NCBI GenBank assembly: GCA_033763455.1
Contig: JANRKO010000084.1
Location: forward strand, 1-50,879
Source of the DNA: Polyangiaceae bacterium
GTDB lineage: Bacteria; Myxococcota_A; Polyangia; Polyangiales; Polyangiaceae
Reading direction: 5' to 3'
Length of the DNA stretch: 50,879 nucleotides
The notes beneath the pieces are model-generated. The model was not told the origin of the DNA. It ran no database searches and saw only the letters and a program-made list of their open reading frames with translations. The position numbers and the translations under genes are program-made. Below, piece after piece: positions 17,776 through 28,150 of the stretch; position 1 is the first letter of the stretch; the number at the start of each line of letters is the position of its first letter.

Positions 17776-19527
17776 ATGCGAACCGTAGCTCGGTCTGCTC
17801 TTGCCATTTCCTGTTGTCTTAGCCTTGGGGCCCTGGGTGCGTGTACGGGTCAGGTTGATTCGACGCGCGCTGCAAGCTCAGGGCCCTCTGGTACTAACGC
17901 TCCAGGAGCGCCCACCGCATCGAGCTCTTCGGGTGGATCGCCAGGGGCATCGGGAGTTGGCGGCAACGGAACGGGAGGCACGCCCGGAGTTGGGATGCTG
18001 GGTTCGGCCATGAGCTGCAATGTGGATGGGGATCCCGGTCGAGTCACGCTGCGGCGCCTCACGGGGCCACAATATGATAACACCGTGCGGGATTTGCTCG
18101 GCGACGCGAGCTATCCTTCCAGCGCCTTTCCCAAAGACGATAGCTTTGAAGCCGATTTGATGGGGTTTTCAACGCTCCTTTTTGAGAAATACGAAGCTGC
18201 GGCAGAGCGAATAGTTACGGACGCATGGGCGCGCGAAGCCGCCGGCCAGCAACCGCCAAGCGCAAAGCTTTGGACGTGCACCCCCGTGACGGATGCGACG
18301 TGCGGCGCCCAGGTGGTGAAAGATTTTGCCCGGCGAGCATTCCGGAAACCTGTAAGCGATGCCGATCTAGCCCCGTACCTCAGCTTGCTGGGCACGGTGC
18401 CAGGTGCAGAAGGTGTCCAGGCGGCGCTCCAAGCGCTGCTGCTTTCGCCGCAGTTCTTGTTCCGCGTTGAGTTGGATCAAGTGGCCACCTCCCTCACGCC
18501 TCACACACTAAGCCCTCACGAATTGGCGACACGCCTGTCGTACCTCGTGTGGGGCAGTACTCCGGACGCTCAGCTACTAGCGAAGGCTGACGCCGGGCAG
18601 CTTTCGGAGCCGAGCGCGATCACGAGTGAGCTCACGCGCATGTTGGCGGATCCCAAGGCTAGTGCTCTCACCGAGGACTTCGGGCGCGAATGGCTTGGTT
18701 TGGATGCCATTTCGAAAGCCACCCCCGATCCTGTCCTATTCCCTGAAGGGACGTCGGCGCTGTTGGCGGATATGCGCGAGGAAACTCGGCAGTTTGTCTC
18801 CGAAATCTTCCTCGGTTCGGCTCCGCTTTCGGGGCTGCTGGGTGCTGACTTTACCTACTTGAATGATCGCCTTGCTGCGCACTACGGGCTACCAAGCCCT
18901 GGAGCTGGCTGGACGCGCGTGACGCTTCCTGTGGGGCCGCGTCGAGGCATGTTGGGCCAGGCGAGCATGCTCACGGCAACCTCGACCGCGTCGCGCACTT
19001 CGGCGGTTCGGCGTGGGAAATGGATTGCCACCCGCATGCTTTGCTCTTCGCCTCCACCCCCGCCTCCCAACGTGGGCGGGCTGAAACCAGAAGCCGCAGC
19101 CTATACGAGCGAACGGCAACGGCTTGAGGTCCACCGTGCGGATCCACAGTGTGCCAGCTGCCACCAGCTAATCGATCCGCTCGGCCTGGCGATGGAGAAC
19201 TTTGACGCTCTCGGGCGCTTCCGAAACGCATACGCCGATGGTACCCCGATCGATCCTTCAGGAGATGTTGGCCCAGGAAAGGCTTTTCAGACGCTGGAGC
19301 AGATGCGCGAGCTTGTGGCGGCCGATTCGCGCTTCGACAGTTGTGTTAGCTCTGAGCTCTCAACGTACGCTTTGGGCCGTGCTCTGCGCGCCGAAGATGC
19401 GTGTTTGGGAGCCCAACTCGCGGAGGGCGTAAAAGCTGGGGCACCGCTTTCAAAAGCCTTAGAGATAGTCGCTACAAGTCGCGCCTTCACGTGGCGTCGC
19501 GGCGAAGCCCAAGGAGCCCTGCCATGA
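17776..19527 (+). CDS. DUF1592-family PSCyt c-type cytochrome lipoprotein
   Basis: Lipobox LGA-C; LRRLTGPQYDNTVRDLLG, AFRKP, SPQFLFR, ELATRLSY, TSAVRRGKW, HRADPQCASCH, ENFDALGRFR. Confidence 0.9.
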   Translation: MRTVARSALAISCCLSLGALGACTGQVDSTRAASSGPSGTNAPGAPTASSSSGGSPGASGVGGNGTGGTPGVGMLGSAMSCNVDGDPGRVTLRRLTGPQYDNTVRDLLGDASYPSSAFPKDDSFEADLMGFSTLLFEKYEAAAERIVTDAWAREAAGQQPPSAKLWTCTPVTDATCGAQVVKDFARRAFRKPVSDADLAPYLSLLGTVPGAEGVQAALQALLLSPQFLFRVELDQVATSLTPHTLSPHELATRLSYLVWGSTPDAQLLAKADAGQLSEPSAITSELTRMLADPKASALTEDFGREWLGLDAISKATPDPVLFPEGTSALLADMREETRQFVSEIFLGSAPLSGLLGADFTYLNDRLAAHYGLPSPGAGWTRVTLPVGPRRGMLGQASMLTATSTASRTSAVRRGKWIATRMLCSSPPPPPPNVGGLKPEAAAYTSERQRLEVHRADPQCASCHQLIDPLGLAMENFDALGRFRNAYADGTPIDPSGDVGPGKAFQTLEQMRELVAADSRFDSCVSSELSTYALGRALRAEDACLGAQLAEGVKAGAPLSKALEIVATSRAFTWRRGEAQGALP

Positions 19528-20843
19528 AGCCAAGTTGGTATATTTCACGTAGAACTTTGTTGCGCGGTGCGGGCGTCGCGATGGCGCTGCCCTTCTTTGA
19601 CCAAATGGTGGCACCCAAAGCTAACGCTCAGGCGCTGGTGCCGCTCAGGTTTGCCGCAACTTTCGTACCGAACGGCGTGTATCTCCCCGGGTTCTTTCCC
19701 GCCACCGAAGGAGTGAACTACGCAACGTCTCCGATCTTGATGCCCGTGGAGGCTATTCGGAATGATGTTCTAATCTTAAGTGGCCTCGATAACTCTGTGG
19801 CGCAGCCCAACGGGAACATGCATACCGCTGGCATCGCCGCCTTCCTGACGGGCGCGTTCGAAGCGGGTGGCCCTAGCCTCGATCAAGTGATTGCCCAGAA
19901 AACTAAGGGAATGACGCCCTTTCCCTCTTTGGAATTTCACGGCGGGGAAGAGGGCATCGAAGGCTGCGAACAGCCCTGCTACCTGCATGAGACTCTAGCC
20001 TGGTCAGCGGCTGGCCAAGGCATCGCGCCGGAACGAAACCCGCAAGCCGCGTTCAACCGTTTGGTGGGCAGCATTCCCGCGACCGTACCCTCCTCTACAG
20101 AGCCAACACCGCCAGTTGTGGACCCGAAGCTTGCCATTCGGCGCAGCGTGCTCGACGCCGTGCAGGCTGACGCTACCACGCTCTCCGCTAAGCTCGGGCC
20201 AACGGACAAGGCTAAGCTGGACGCGTACCTAACGGCTGTGCGTGAAGTGGAGCAGCGCCTTGCGGTCGGAGTGACACCCGGTGGCGGAACAACCTGTTCG
20301 GCCCCGAGCAGTGCGCCAGCCCCGTTTGCCGACGACTACCCGGCAAGGATTAAGGCGTTCATGGATGTAACGGCGCTGGCCTTGCAGTGCGACCTTACCC
20401 GCGCAGTGACCTTCATGCTCGCCGGCTGGGAAAGCCGCCACGTATTTAGCTTTCTGGGCCTCAAGGATCAGCATCACATCGCCTATTCGCATCACGAGAA
20501 TAACCCCACGCTCGTGGATGGCTGCACCAAGATCGATCGCTGGGAGGTGGAGCAATTTGTGTACCTAGCAACGCTCCTGAAGGGCGCAATGGAACCGAAT
20601 GGCCAAAGCGTGCTGGACAATTCGGCGCTTCTCTTCGGTAGTGAAGTTTCGGATGGGAATGCGCATTCTCGCGACAACATGCCCATTTTGGTGGCAGGCA
20701 AGCTTGGCGGCGCGATCCAATCAGGGCGCCATTTGAAGGCAACCGGGCCTCTCGCCAATCTCTACCTGTCGATTCTTCAGTCGTTTGACCCTGTGGCGAG
20801 TAAGTTCGGCAACAGCACCGCGGCGCTGAACCTTAAGGCGTAG
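19524..20843 (+). CDS. DUF1552 (HXXSHH) family protein, Tat-exported
   Basis: SRRTLLRGAG signal; FVPNG, SLDQVIA, SVLD, DKAKLDAYL, HHIAYSHH, SEVSDGNAH. ATGA overlap with the upstream gene. Confidence 0.9.
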   Translation: MKPSWYISRRTLLRGAGVAMALPFFDQMVAPKANAQALVPLRFAATFVPNGVYLPGFFPATEGVNYATSPILMPVEAIRNDVLILSGLDNSVAQPNGNMHTAGIAAFLTGAFEAGGPSLDQVIAQKTKGMTPFPSLEFHGGEEGIEGCEQPCYLHETLAWSAAGQGIAPERNPQAAFNRLVGSIPATVPSSTEPTPPVVDPKLAIRRSVLDAVQADATTLSAKLGPTDKAKLDAYLTAVREVEQRLAVGVTPGGGTTCSAPSSAPAPFADDYPARIKAFMDVTALALQCDLTRAVTFMLAGWESRHVFSFLGLKDQHHIAYSHHENNPTLVDGCTKIDRWEVEQFVYLATLLKGAMEPNGQSVLDNSALLFGSEVSDGNAHSRDNMPILVAGKLGGAIQSGRHLKATGPLANLYLSILQSFDPVASKFGNSTAALNLKA

Positions 20844-20971
20844 CCTCCGCTTGAGCGGATCAGAAAGACCATTGACGTGATCTGATATTCCGCAGGTTTC
20901 TGTGACTCGTATACTCAGGCAAGCTAGTACCTCGAGTACCACCGAGGGCGCCAACCTTGAAGCGAGCCACT

Positions 20972-22726
20972 ATGAAGCTCATCGCATCTCGCTGCGTGCG
21001 CGCAGCAGTCGTCCTTTTTTTACCGATCACGGTAATTTTTACCCAGGGTTGTAGCGGTGTTATCTCAAGCGGACCAGAGCGGGGTAAGCCTACAAACCCC
21101 GACAATAATCTCGCGCAACCGCCGGGGGGACCTGGAGATCCGCAACTGCAACCCAGCGGTGACCCGTCGGTACCAGGTGTTAACGCGCCGGTACCAGGTG
21201 CGGTGGGTGGGTCGATGCCATTGCGTCGATTGACGAATATTGAGCTGAAAAACACCTTGGGCGATCTCGTCGCGGTGGACGGGACGGTTCCCGAAACGCT
21301 TCCGCGCGATGTACTTTCGGAGTCCGGATTCCCGGAAGGCTCGGTCATCTCGCGCATCGAAGCAGATGCGCTCATGAGCTGGACGGGCTCGCTTGTGGGG
21401 CAAGCAACGGCCCAGATCCGCGCTTTCGCACCGTGTGCCGGTGCTCCTGCTGATCGTACGCTTGAAGATCAATGCGCCACAGGTTTTATCTCGAACTTCG
21501 GGATGCGCGCCTTCCGTCGCCCACTCACACCTGCGGAGGTCACCGAATTCGAGACATACTATCGCGACGCCTTACGCACCCAGCTGAGCTATGGCTTCGA
21601 TCAATCGATAGGTGCTCTGGCGCATCTGATGCTGCAGTCCCCAAGGTTCCTGTACCACGCAGGGAACCGTCGCGATCCGAACGGAGCTGTCGCGGGCTCC
21701 GTTCCCCTGGACGGTTACGAACTTGCTTCGCGAATGTCTTACCTGCTCCAGGGCACCATGCCAGATGGGCCCTTGTTCGATGCGGCCGCCAACGGCCGGC
21801 TAGCGTCCGTAGATGAGATCCAGCGCGAAGCTCGCAGGCTCCTTACCGACCCACGGAGCAAGGTTCAAATCGAGGAGATCACGCTGCAGTGGCTGGGTAT
21901 TGAAGAGCTCCGAAAGAAGATTAAAGACCCCAAGTACAACTTCACGCCCGAGCTTGGGCAAGCGATGGTCGATGAGACACGGCGGCTCGTGGATACCGTT
22001 CTAGATGGGGACGGCACCGTTGCTTCACTTCTACTTTCGAAAACGGCCCGAATCGACCATGGCGCGCTGGCTGCCTTGTACGGGCAAACGGGATTCAGTG
22101 GGAACGCTGTCACCGAGCTTCAGCTCAATGAAGCGGAGCGTTCGGGCATTCTTACGCGTGCGGCGTTTCTCACGTCTCAGTCTTTGGGCTCTGAACTCAA
22201 TCCGATCAAGCGAGGCCTTTCCGTCGTTAAGAATTTCCTCTGTCTGGACGTGCCAAGGCCTCCGGCTGGGTTCGTGCCGCCTGACAAGGTGGACGCGGGG
22301 CTTTCCACTCGGGAATTCTTGATACGGCACGATGAGAACGCTTGCGCAAAAGCCTGCCACGCGCTGTTTACACCTCCGGGTTTCAATTTTGAGCACTACG
22401 ATGGCGTGGGCGCTTACCGGACGCTGGATGGCACAGCAGTGGTGGACGCGACTGGGGACGTATATTTCCCAGACGGAACAACTCGGCCAGTGGCCGACGC
22501 CCTGCAACTGTCTCAGATATTGGCGGCTGAGCCCACCACGGGCGATTGCGTGGCTTCTCGCTGGTTTCGCCGTGCAGTGCGCCGTGTAGACACTCCGAGC
22601 GACGCGGCGCAGGTTGATCAGGTAAAGCAATCCTTTCGCGGGGCAAACGGGAACCTTCGGGAACTCTTGGTCGCGCTGGTGACGAGTACGGCCTTCACAC
22701 ACCGAACGCTGGAGAGTGCCAAATGA
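20972..22726 (+). CDS. DUF1592-family PSCyt lipoprotein with CX3CH motif
   Basis: Lipobox TQG-C; LRRLTNIELKNTL, AFRRP, SPRFLY, ELASRMSY, RSGILT, PIKRG, CAKACH, FEHYDGVG. Confidence 0.88.
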   Translation: MKLIASRCVRAAVVLFLPITVIFTQGCSGVISSGPERGKPTNPDNNLAQPPGGPGDPQLQPSGDPSVPGVNAPVPGAVGGSMPLRRLTNIELKNTLGDLVAVDGTVPETLPRDVLSESGFPEGSVISRIEADALMSWTGSLVGQATAQIRAFAPCAGAPADRTLEDQCATGFISNFGMRAFRRPLTPAEVTEFETYYRDALRTQLSYGFDQSIGALAHLMLQSPRFLYHAGNRRDPNGAVAGSVPLDGYELASRMSYLLQGTMPDGPLFDAAANGRLASVDEIQREARRLLTDPRSKVQIEEITLQWLGIEELRKKIKDPKYNFTPELGQAMVDETRRLVDTVLDGDGTVASLLLSKTARIDHGALAALYGQTGFSGNAVTELQLNEAERSGILTRAAFLTSQSLGSELNPIKRGLSVVKNFLCLDVPRPPAGFVPPDKVDAGLSTREFLIRHDENACAKACHALFTPPGFNFEHYDGVGAYRTLDGTAVVDATGDVYFPDGTTRPVADALQLSQILAAEPTTGDCVASRWFRRAVRRVDTPSDAAQVDQVKQSFRGANGNLRELLVALVTSTAFTHRTLESAK

Positions 22727-24081
22727 GCAAGTGGGTTGTGCGTAGGCGAGATTTACTCAGAGCAATGGGCGCGGGTGCAGCCCTTTTGCCCCTCCTCAAT
22801 TCCCGCTTGGCACATAGCCAGGCCGCCCCGCCCAAGCGCCTCATCATGTGCGTGTTCCCTAACGGGTACCCGGATGGGCAATATACGTCTATTGGCCAAA
22901 ATGGCGTGGTGGAGCTCTCCAAAGCTACCTTCGCACCGTCCCTTTCTCCGCTCACTCCCTGGAAAGATCAGCTCGCGATGATTGCTCCGGTAAAGTGTAT
23001 CAACGCAGACGATGCCGAAGATTATCATCGTACTTATTCCATGATGCTATCTGCGGCGCAGCCCGTAGCGAAGCCGCTCGGGCCCGACTCGGTGTGGGCA
23101 CCCACCGGCCCCACGATCGATCAGGTGATCGCGAACGACATTGATACGCGAGAGAAGCTGCCGCGCCGAACGTTGCCGCTCGGGCTGCCGCTGGGTGAGC
23201 AAGAAGGGGTCGACGGCACGCTTGAAGCGCGGCGCGCGTTTTGGGCCGGTCGTGGCGAACCGATCACCCCCGAATTCGATCCGTACAAGTTGGTGCAGGA
23301 ACTCTTTGTCGGCACGACAATGAGCGATGCTGCGCTTACGCGGGCTCGCGCAGAGCGCAAAAGCATGTTGGATTTTCTAGGCAAGGATCTGGAGCGGTTC
23401 TCGGCGGAGCTGGGTACCGAAGATCAGTTCACCGTGGCAAGCCACCTACAGGGCATCCGCGATTTGGAAATGCAGCTGGGCCAGCCCGGAGTCACGGTAG
23501 CTCCGGGGAGCGCGCCGACGCTCCAGCCCGGGCTTAACTATCAATCACTCAACGACACCCCCGGCCTCTTGGATGCACATAGGCAGATACTCGTCGCCGC
23601 GCTGCGAGCAGGTGTCACCCGGGTGGCAACGATTCAGCTAGGGCCCGCTTGGGGCGATAAGCTATTTTTCCCGTGGTTGACTGGGGTCGAGAACAGGACA
23701 TGGCACGAATGTGGCCACGAACCAGGCGGTGCTTCGGGAAATGACCACCAAACTATCGTTAACTGGTATACGCAGCAGTTCGCCAAGCTGCTCGCAGATC
23801 TCGCGTCCATCCCCGAACCTGGTCCGAACAGTGTGACGATGTTGGATAACTGTGTTGTAGTGTGGGCGAGCACCATGCTGGTCGGGGATCATTCACCGTC
23901 TCTCCCCTGGATCTTGGCCGGAAAGTGCGGTGGCTACTTCAAGACGGGTCAGTATCTAGCGTCGGCGCAAGATAAGCCGGTCAATCACATTCTGGTCGAC
24001 CTTGCTCACGCGATGGGCGTGCCCATCGATTACCTGGGAAATCCGGACGTTCGCGGACCTATGCCGGGCCTTAAGGCTTAA
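22723..24081 (+). CDS. DUF1552 family protein, Tat-exported
   Basis: RRRDLLRAMG signal; FPNG, TIDQVIA, SMLD, HLQGIRDLE, WHECGH, MLDN. ATGA overlap. Confidence 0.87.
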   Translation: MSKWVVRRRDLLRAMGAGAALLPLLNSRLAHSQAAPPKRLIMCVFPNGYPDGQYTSIGQNGVVELSKATFAPSLSPLTPWKDQLAMIAPVKCINADDAEDYHRTYSMMLSAAQPVAKPLGPDSVWAPTGPTIDQVIANDIDTREKLPRRTLPLGLPLGEQEGVDGTLEARRAFWAGRGEPITPEFDPYKLVQELFVGTTMSDAALTRARAERKSMLDFLGKDLERFSAELGTEDQFTVASHLQGIRDLEMQLGQPGVTVAPGSAPTLQPGLNYQSLNDTPGLLDAHRQILVAALRAGVTRVATIQLGPAWGDKLFFPWLTGVENRTWHECGHEPGGASGNDHQTIVNWYTQQFAKLLADLASIPEPGPNSVTMLDNCVVVWASTMLVGDHSPSLPWILAGKCGGYFKTGQYLASAQDKPVNHILVDLAHAMGVPIDYLGNPDVRGPMPGLKA

Positions 24082-24191
24082 GGCGCGGGAGCGGCGTTTC
24101 GCGGTCCCAATCTGCTCTGCTCAAGAAGCGAGCCTGCCACTCGGTCCGTGAAACGGGCGAACGGTGTGCCTTGCGCCACACGATTTTGATT

Positions 24192-24208
24192 CTAAGCATG
24201 CTAAGTAC
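24192..24208. repeat. Copy of the palindromic CTTAGCATGCTAAG-TAC motif (1 mismatch)
   Basis: ctaagcatgctaagtac; the same motif as at 31785 and 31882, between convergent genes. Confidence 0.6.
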
Positions 24209-24372
24209 CTTTGAACTCGCCAAGGGGGCGAGTGGCAGGACGTAACCTGACCAAGCCCCTCTCAGCACTCTTTGTGTTAGCCTGTGGCCCCCCGAAGCAT
24301 CGACGATACGTCTACAGGTGGTGGCCTCGCTCCAGGTTCATTGGCACGTGCGCGTGCCGGGCGGGCGCCAGC

Positions 24373-26127
24373 TCAGTACGTCGTCTTCAACCAGTTCGAT
24401 CGCTCCCACTTCAGGGCGCCTGCACCAGCGTTGGCTTCCAAGATAGCTTTGAGCTCGGCGGGGTCGTCCGCGGTGTAAGTGTAAGGCAGCACGTTGCCCT
24501 GCAGATTCCAACTGAAGGGAATGACGGCTGCTTGGAATGGCCCGAGAGGACTGTTGGCGTCGGTGCTGTTGCCGCGGACTTCCGTTACCGTGTTGTCGGC
24601 ATTATCCATGTGGTAAATCACATCTAGCCCCAGGATTTTCCCTGTGTAAGCGGGGTTATTCACATCTGTCTGGTTGTTGCGGAGTGGCCACAAGCAGTCA
24701 CGGTACACAGACTTTTCGACCAAAATGGCCCCACCTTCAGTGGAGATGCTGCCGTTCAGGGGAGGGTTGAAGCTGTACGTGTTGGCGATCGTTTGCTGGG
24801 CGCTAGCTGACATAGCCGCCACGCGCGCATCGCGCAGCCGTTTAGCGGCCAGGGCTCCGGTGTCGTCCGCGTAAAGGTTGTAGCCGTGCACGTTGCCAGC
24901 CCGCAGCCGGGGCATGTTACGGTCCCACAAGTTGAGAGCGAGCTGGTGGTGATAGGTGAGGCTGAGAACTGCGTTAGTTGGATCCAAGGGATTCGAGCCT
25001 AAGAGATGCGCCTTGTCCTGGCCCTGTAGAATCGTCACCAGATCTTCCACGCTAAAGCCGTTGGTGCGGAGGAAGTTGTACATGGGGTAGCTTGCAGAGT
25101 TTGCTTCCAGCGCGTTGAGCTGCTGGCGAACGAAGCTATTCGGATTGGTGGCGCCATCATCCCCGACATAGGTGTTCCACGAGAAGGTGATGTTGGAGCT
25201 GCCACCTTTCACATCAACGATTCCGTCGTAAGATTTCGTAAAGGTGCAGTGGTCAATCCACACATTGGAGACCGCGCCGCCATTGCCAAGATTGATGAAA
25301 TCCCAGTCATTCTTGTCGTAGGCGCCGGTGCTTTCTTCATCCCACTCCCACATTTCATCGAAGCGCAGATTGCGAACGATGATGTTGTTAGTGCTCTTGA
25401 TATTCAAGGTTACGTGCCGAAGCGTGGCTCCGTTAGCCGAGAAGATGGTGAGCCCACCTCCGGCGTATTTTATGTCCAGCTTGCTAACACCAGTGGTTAG
25501 CAGGCGGGGGTGAAGCTTGGTGGCAATTGCAGGTGTGAATGGGTTGCTGTCGAGAGCCTGAACACCGGCGCCGAGCTCCGTCCAGCCGAGGTCGAGGTCA
25601 TTCATGATCTCGATCACTTTGATGGCGCCCGTCTTGTTGAAAGATCTGACAGCCTGGGCCAGCTCAAGCGGTGTTGTCACCTTGGCGTAAGCTGGGTCGT
25701 TCTCGGGGAGCACTCCGCCGCCGGTAGTTCCTGGGCCAACCGTTGCAAAGCCCGTCAGGTTAAAACGACTTGGAGCTAACGGCTCAGGTGCTCCGCCTTG
25801 TGCGACCGAAGCCCCACCTATCGCGTTGAACGAACCACCGAACGCGGCTCCACCGGTTGCGGTGAGAGGGCCACCTGCTGCGTTCGAAACACTTCCTCCC
25901 GCACCGAGCACGCCTGTGCCACCAAGCCCCAAGCTACTCCCGGCTTCGCTGTTTTGACCGCCGAAATTGCTCTGTTGCCCACCTTGCACGGAACTTGAAG
26001 TGGCGCTACCTTGCGGGCCACCAGAAACTGGATTTGTAGAGCTCGAAGCTTGGCTACAAGCCCCGAAGAGGGCAAGACCAAGCGTCATCAAGATCGGTGC
26101 ATGATGGAAGCTGCGGGGCCTGAGCAT
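24373..26127 (-). CDS. Pectate lyase family 1 (PL1) lipoprotein
   Basis: Lipobox FGA-C, Gly/Ser linker; GFAT..GTTGG, NIIVRNLRF, NVWIDHCTF, DGIVD, ITFSWN, MPRLRAGNVH. Confidence 0.88.
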   Translation of the reverse strand: MLRPRSFHHAPILMTLGLALFGACSQASSSTNPVSGGPQGSATSSSVQGGQQSNFGGQNSEAGSSLGLGGTGVLGAGGSVSNAAGGPLTATGGAAFGGSFNAIGGASVAQGGAPEPLAPSRFNLTGFATVGPGTTGGGVLPENDPAYAKVTTPLELAQAVRSFNKTGAIKVIEIMNDLDLGWTELGAGVQALDSNPFTPAIATKLHPRLLTTGVSKLDIKYAGGGLTIFSANGATLRHVTLNIKSTNNIIVRNLRFDEMWEWDEESTGAYDKNDWDFINLGNGGAVSNVWIDHCTFTKSYDGIVDVKGGSSNITFSWNTYVGDDGATNPNSFVRQQLNALEANSASYPMYNFLRTNGFSVEDLVTILQGQDKAHLLGSNPLDPTNAVLSLTYHHQLALNLWDRNMPRLRAGNVHGYNLYADDTGALAAKRLRDARVAAMSASAQQTIANTYSFNPPLNGSISTEGGAILVEKSVYRDCLWPLRNNQTDVNNPAYTGKILGLDVIYHMDNADNTVTEVRGNSTDANSPLGPFQAAVIPFSWNLQGNVLPYTYTADDPAELKAILEANAGAGALKWERSNWLKTTY

Positions 26128-26263
26128 GCCACGGAGCTTAGCGAAATTGCGACGGCGAGCGAACACGATCTACCGGAGCCATCACCCTGTTCACGCGCCT
26201 TTGCGCCAACGCTTTGCACTTTTCCGCCGTGCCAGCACCTTTCGGGCACAGACGAACAAACCT

Positions 26264-27709
26264 CTATTTGATTACGTAGACCACGGTCGCAGGGCCCTGT
26301 TTGGGTACCCAACGCACGCCATGCCAGCCTTCGGGCAGAGGTGGCTCAGTGAAGCCGAACAGGTAGCGGGCATCTTTGGGCGAAAGATTCAGGCAGCCGC
26401 CGCTTTTCAAATCACCAAATTCATCGTGCCAATACGCCGTGTGCAGCGCGTACGGGCCCGCGAAGTTTTGCGTCCAGGGTACGGCGGAATGGATCACCAC
26501 GTCGTTAGCTAGAGTTGCTGTCGCAAATTTTCCTGAAACTGGGAAACTACCTAAAGGGGTGGAGGCCGTCTTCAGAAGTGGCTTGTTTCCCACCGGCGGG
26601 CCACCGCGGCCTGCACTCATGAGGGTAGTAAAAACGGGCTTGGTGCCCTCGTAAGCGATGAGCCAACCGCCGCGAATGCTGGCTTCGATCCAGGTGGCTC
26701 GCCCCTTCGGTGCAAGGCCAGTGGTGTCCGGTTCTCCGACAGGGGCTCCCCAGGGCGTGAGCTTTCGATTCTCTGGAATTACCGCATCCGTTTCGCGCAC
26801 GAACACGCTCTCGCCGGCTACCTTGATATACACGGCGTCCCCTTCGGTGACGCGCTCGGCGGTGAGTGCCACGTGGCCTAAGCGTGGCCACGCATCACCT
26901 GTGGGTTCGAAGCCGCCCGTAGGCTTGCGGCGGTACTTGGGGCGCGCTTGCGTGCGAAAGAAGGCGATAGGAAGTTGAGCCTTGCCGCCCAACTGAACGC
27001 CTTCAAACTCGCTCTTGGGGTACGGCGTAACATCTGACTTCGGCAACCAACGAAGATCTGCGGTGAGCAACCAATCGCGATTGGCTGCGTGGAATTCCCT
27101 AACGAAGGCGACGGCTGAGCGGCGGGGGAGCACCTCATAGGGGTCGTGAATGCTTGAGGAAAGGAATGGCAGCCGGAGCGGGTCGTTCATTTCCCCGAGG
27201 GGAAACCCAGGGTACGCCTTTCCGCCTGTGGTTTCCCCATAGGCGTGGGGCCAAGGCGAATCCAGGTTACCGGCTAATTGTTTGACAGCCACATAGGCCG
27301 GGTCGTGTGGATCGAGCGTCGCGCGGATGCCGTCAGCGCACACAAACCCACGCGGTTCAATGGCAGACCAACCAGGCTCACAGCCTTTGGCGTAGATGCG
27401 TCGAGCGCTCCGCAGGCGCACCGCCCCTCCCGTCCAGAGGTAGCCGATCCACTGAAATTTGGTCGAAGTGTCCGGATAAATCCAAACAAAGCGCGTCTTC
27501 GCGTACACCCAGCCATGCTCGGACGCGGGCTCCACCTGTACACTTGGCTTCGGGGCTTCTGGCACGGCCGAAGCAATTGGCCCCACGGTCCTTGGGGCAA
27601 CAAACGGCGCCCGTCGCGAGGGTTCTGCAGCTCGCGACGTTTTCTCCTGACAGCTGGCGCTGCCGACCGCAAAACTCAGCGTACCCAACAACATCACCGG
27701 TCGCAGCAC
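26264..27709 (-). CDS. L,D-transpeptidase (YkuD) family protein
   Basis: C-terminal LIAYEGTKPVFTTLMSAG...TPLGSF...ALHTAYWHDEFG..KSGGCLNLSP with catalytic His and Cys. Confidence 0.85.
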   Translation of the reverse strand: MLRPVMLLGTLSFAVGSASCQEKTSRAAEPSRRAPFVAPRTVGPIASAVPEAPKPSVQVEPASEHGWVYAKTRFVWIYPDTSTKFQWIGYLWTGGAVRLRSARRIYAKGCEPGWSAIEPRGFVCADGIRATLDPHDPAYVAVKQLAGNLDSPWPHAYGETTGGKAYPGFPLGEMNDPLRLPFLSSSIHDPYEVLPRRSAVAFVREFHAANRDWLLTADLRWLPKSDVTPYPKSEFEGVQLGGKAQLPIAFFRTQARPKYRRKPTGGFEPTGDAWPRLGHVALTAERVTEGDAVYIKVAGESVFVRETDAVIPENRKLTPWGAPVGEPDTTGLAPKGRATWIEASIRGGWLIAYEGTKPVFTTLMSAGRGGPPVGNKPLLKTASTPLGSFPVSGKFATATLANDVVIHSAVPWTQNFAGPYALHTAYWHDEFGDLKSGGCLNLSPKDARYLFGFTEPPLPEGWHGVRWVPKQGPATVVYVIK

Positions 27710-27763
27710 GCCGGCAGCCTAGCCTTTCTACCCCTCTCATGTCCCCCAAAGTGTGGTTTGGAA

Positions 27764-27786
27764 GGGCACGACCGCTGGTCGTGCCC
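27764..27786 (-). terminator. Stem-loop terminator downstream of the Cys-rich peptide gene
   Basis: Perfect 10-bp stem gggcacgacc-gct-ggtcgtgccc, 22 bp after the stop at 27809. Confidence 0.55.
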
Positions 27787-27808
27787 AAGCCGCACCAAAG
27801 CAACGGAA

Positions 27809-28150
27809 TTACTTGGGGCAGTTAGCCTTGCAGCCGCCTTTGCCTTTGCACTCGTTCTTGCCTTTGCATTCGTTCTTGTCGGTGTGGCAGCCGCCTTTGC
27901 CTTTGCACTCATTTTGAGCTTTGCAGCAATCCTTGGCTTCCGCGGTGCCCTCTTCAGCAGCGGGAGCAGCCTCAGCGTCAGCAGCGGGAGCAGCCTCTTC
28001 CGCGGCGGCGGGCTCGACTGCTTCGGGAGCAGCAGTGGGCGGGGTGGAGGTGTCAACGGTCTCCGCAGGAGGGGTGGTGCCGCCGCAAGCTGCTGCGAAA
28101 AGTCCTGCTGCGATGCTGGAGGCGATGGTGCTGTTGAGTTTGATTGCCAT
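27809..28150 (-). CDS. Small Cys-rich lipoprotein resembling BufA2-type bufferin metallophore precursors
   Basis: Strong RBS (aaggag); lipobox AAA-C; Ala/Pro/Glu linker; CCKAQNECKGKGGC...NECKGKNECKGKGGC. Confidence 0.7.
   Translation of the reverse strand: MAIKLNSTIASSIAAGLFAAACGGTTPPAETVDTSTPPTAAPEAVEPAAAEEAAPAADAEAAPAAEEGTAEAKDCCKAQNECKGKGGCHTDKNECKGKNECKGKGGCKANCPK

Noticed and set aside
20918..20932. gcaagctagtacct as a fourth palindrome copy
   Set aside because: Too degenerate and not palindromic.
26385..26450. SGGC instead of SHGC in the L,D-transpeptidase
   Set aside because: The catalytic His (ALH) and Cys are intact; this position is variable.
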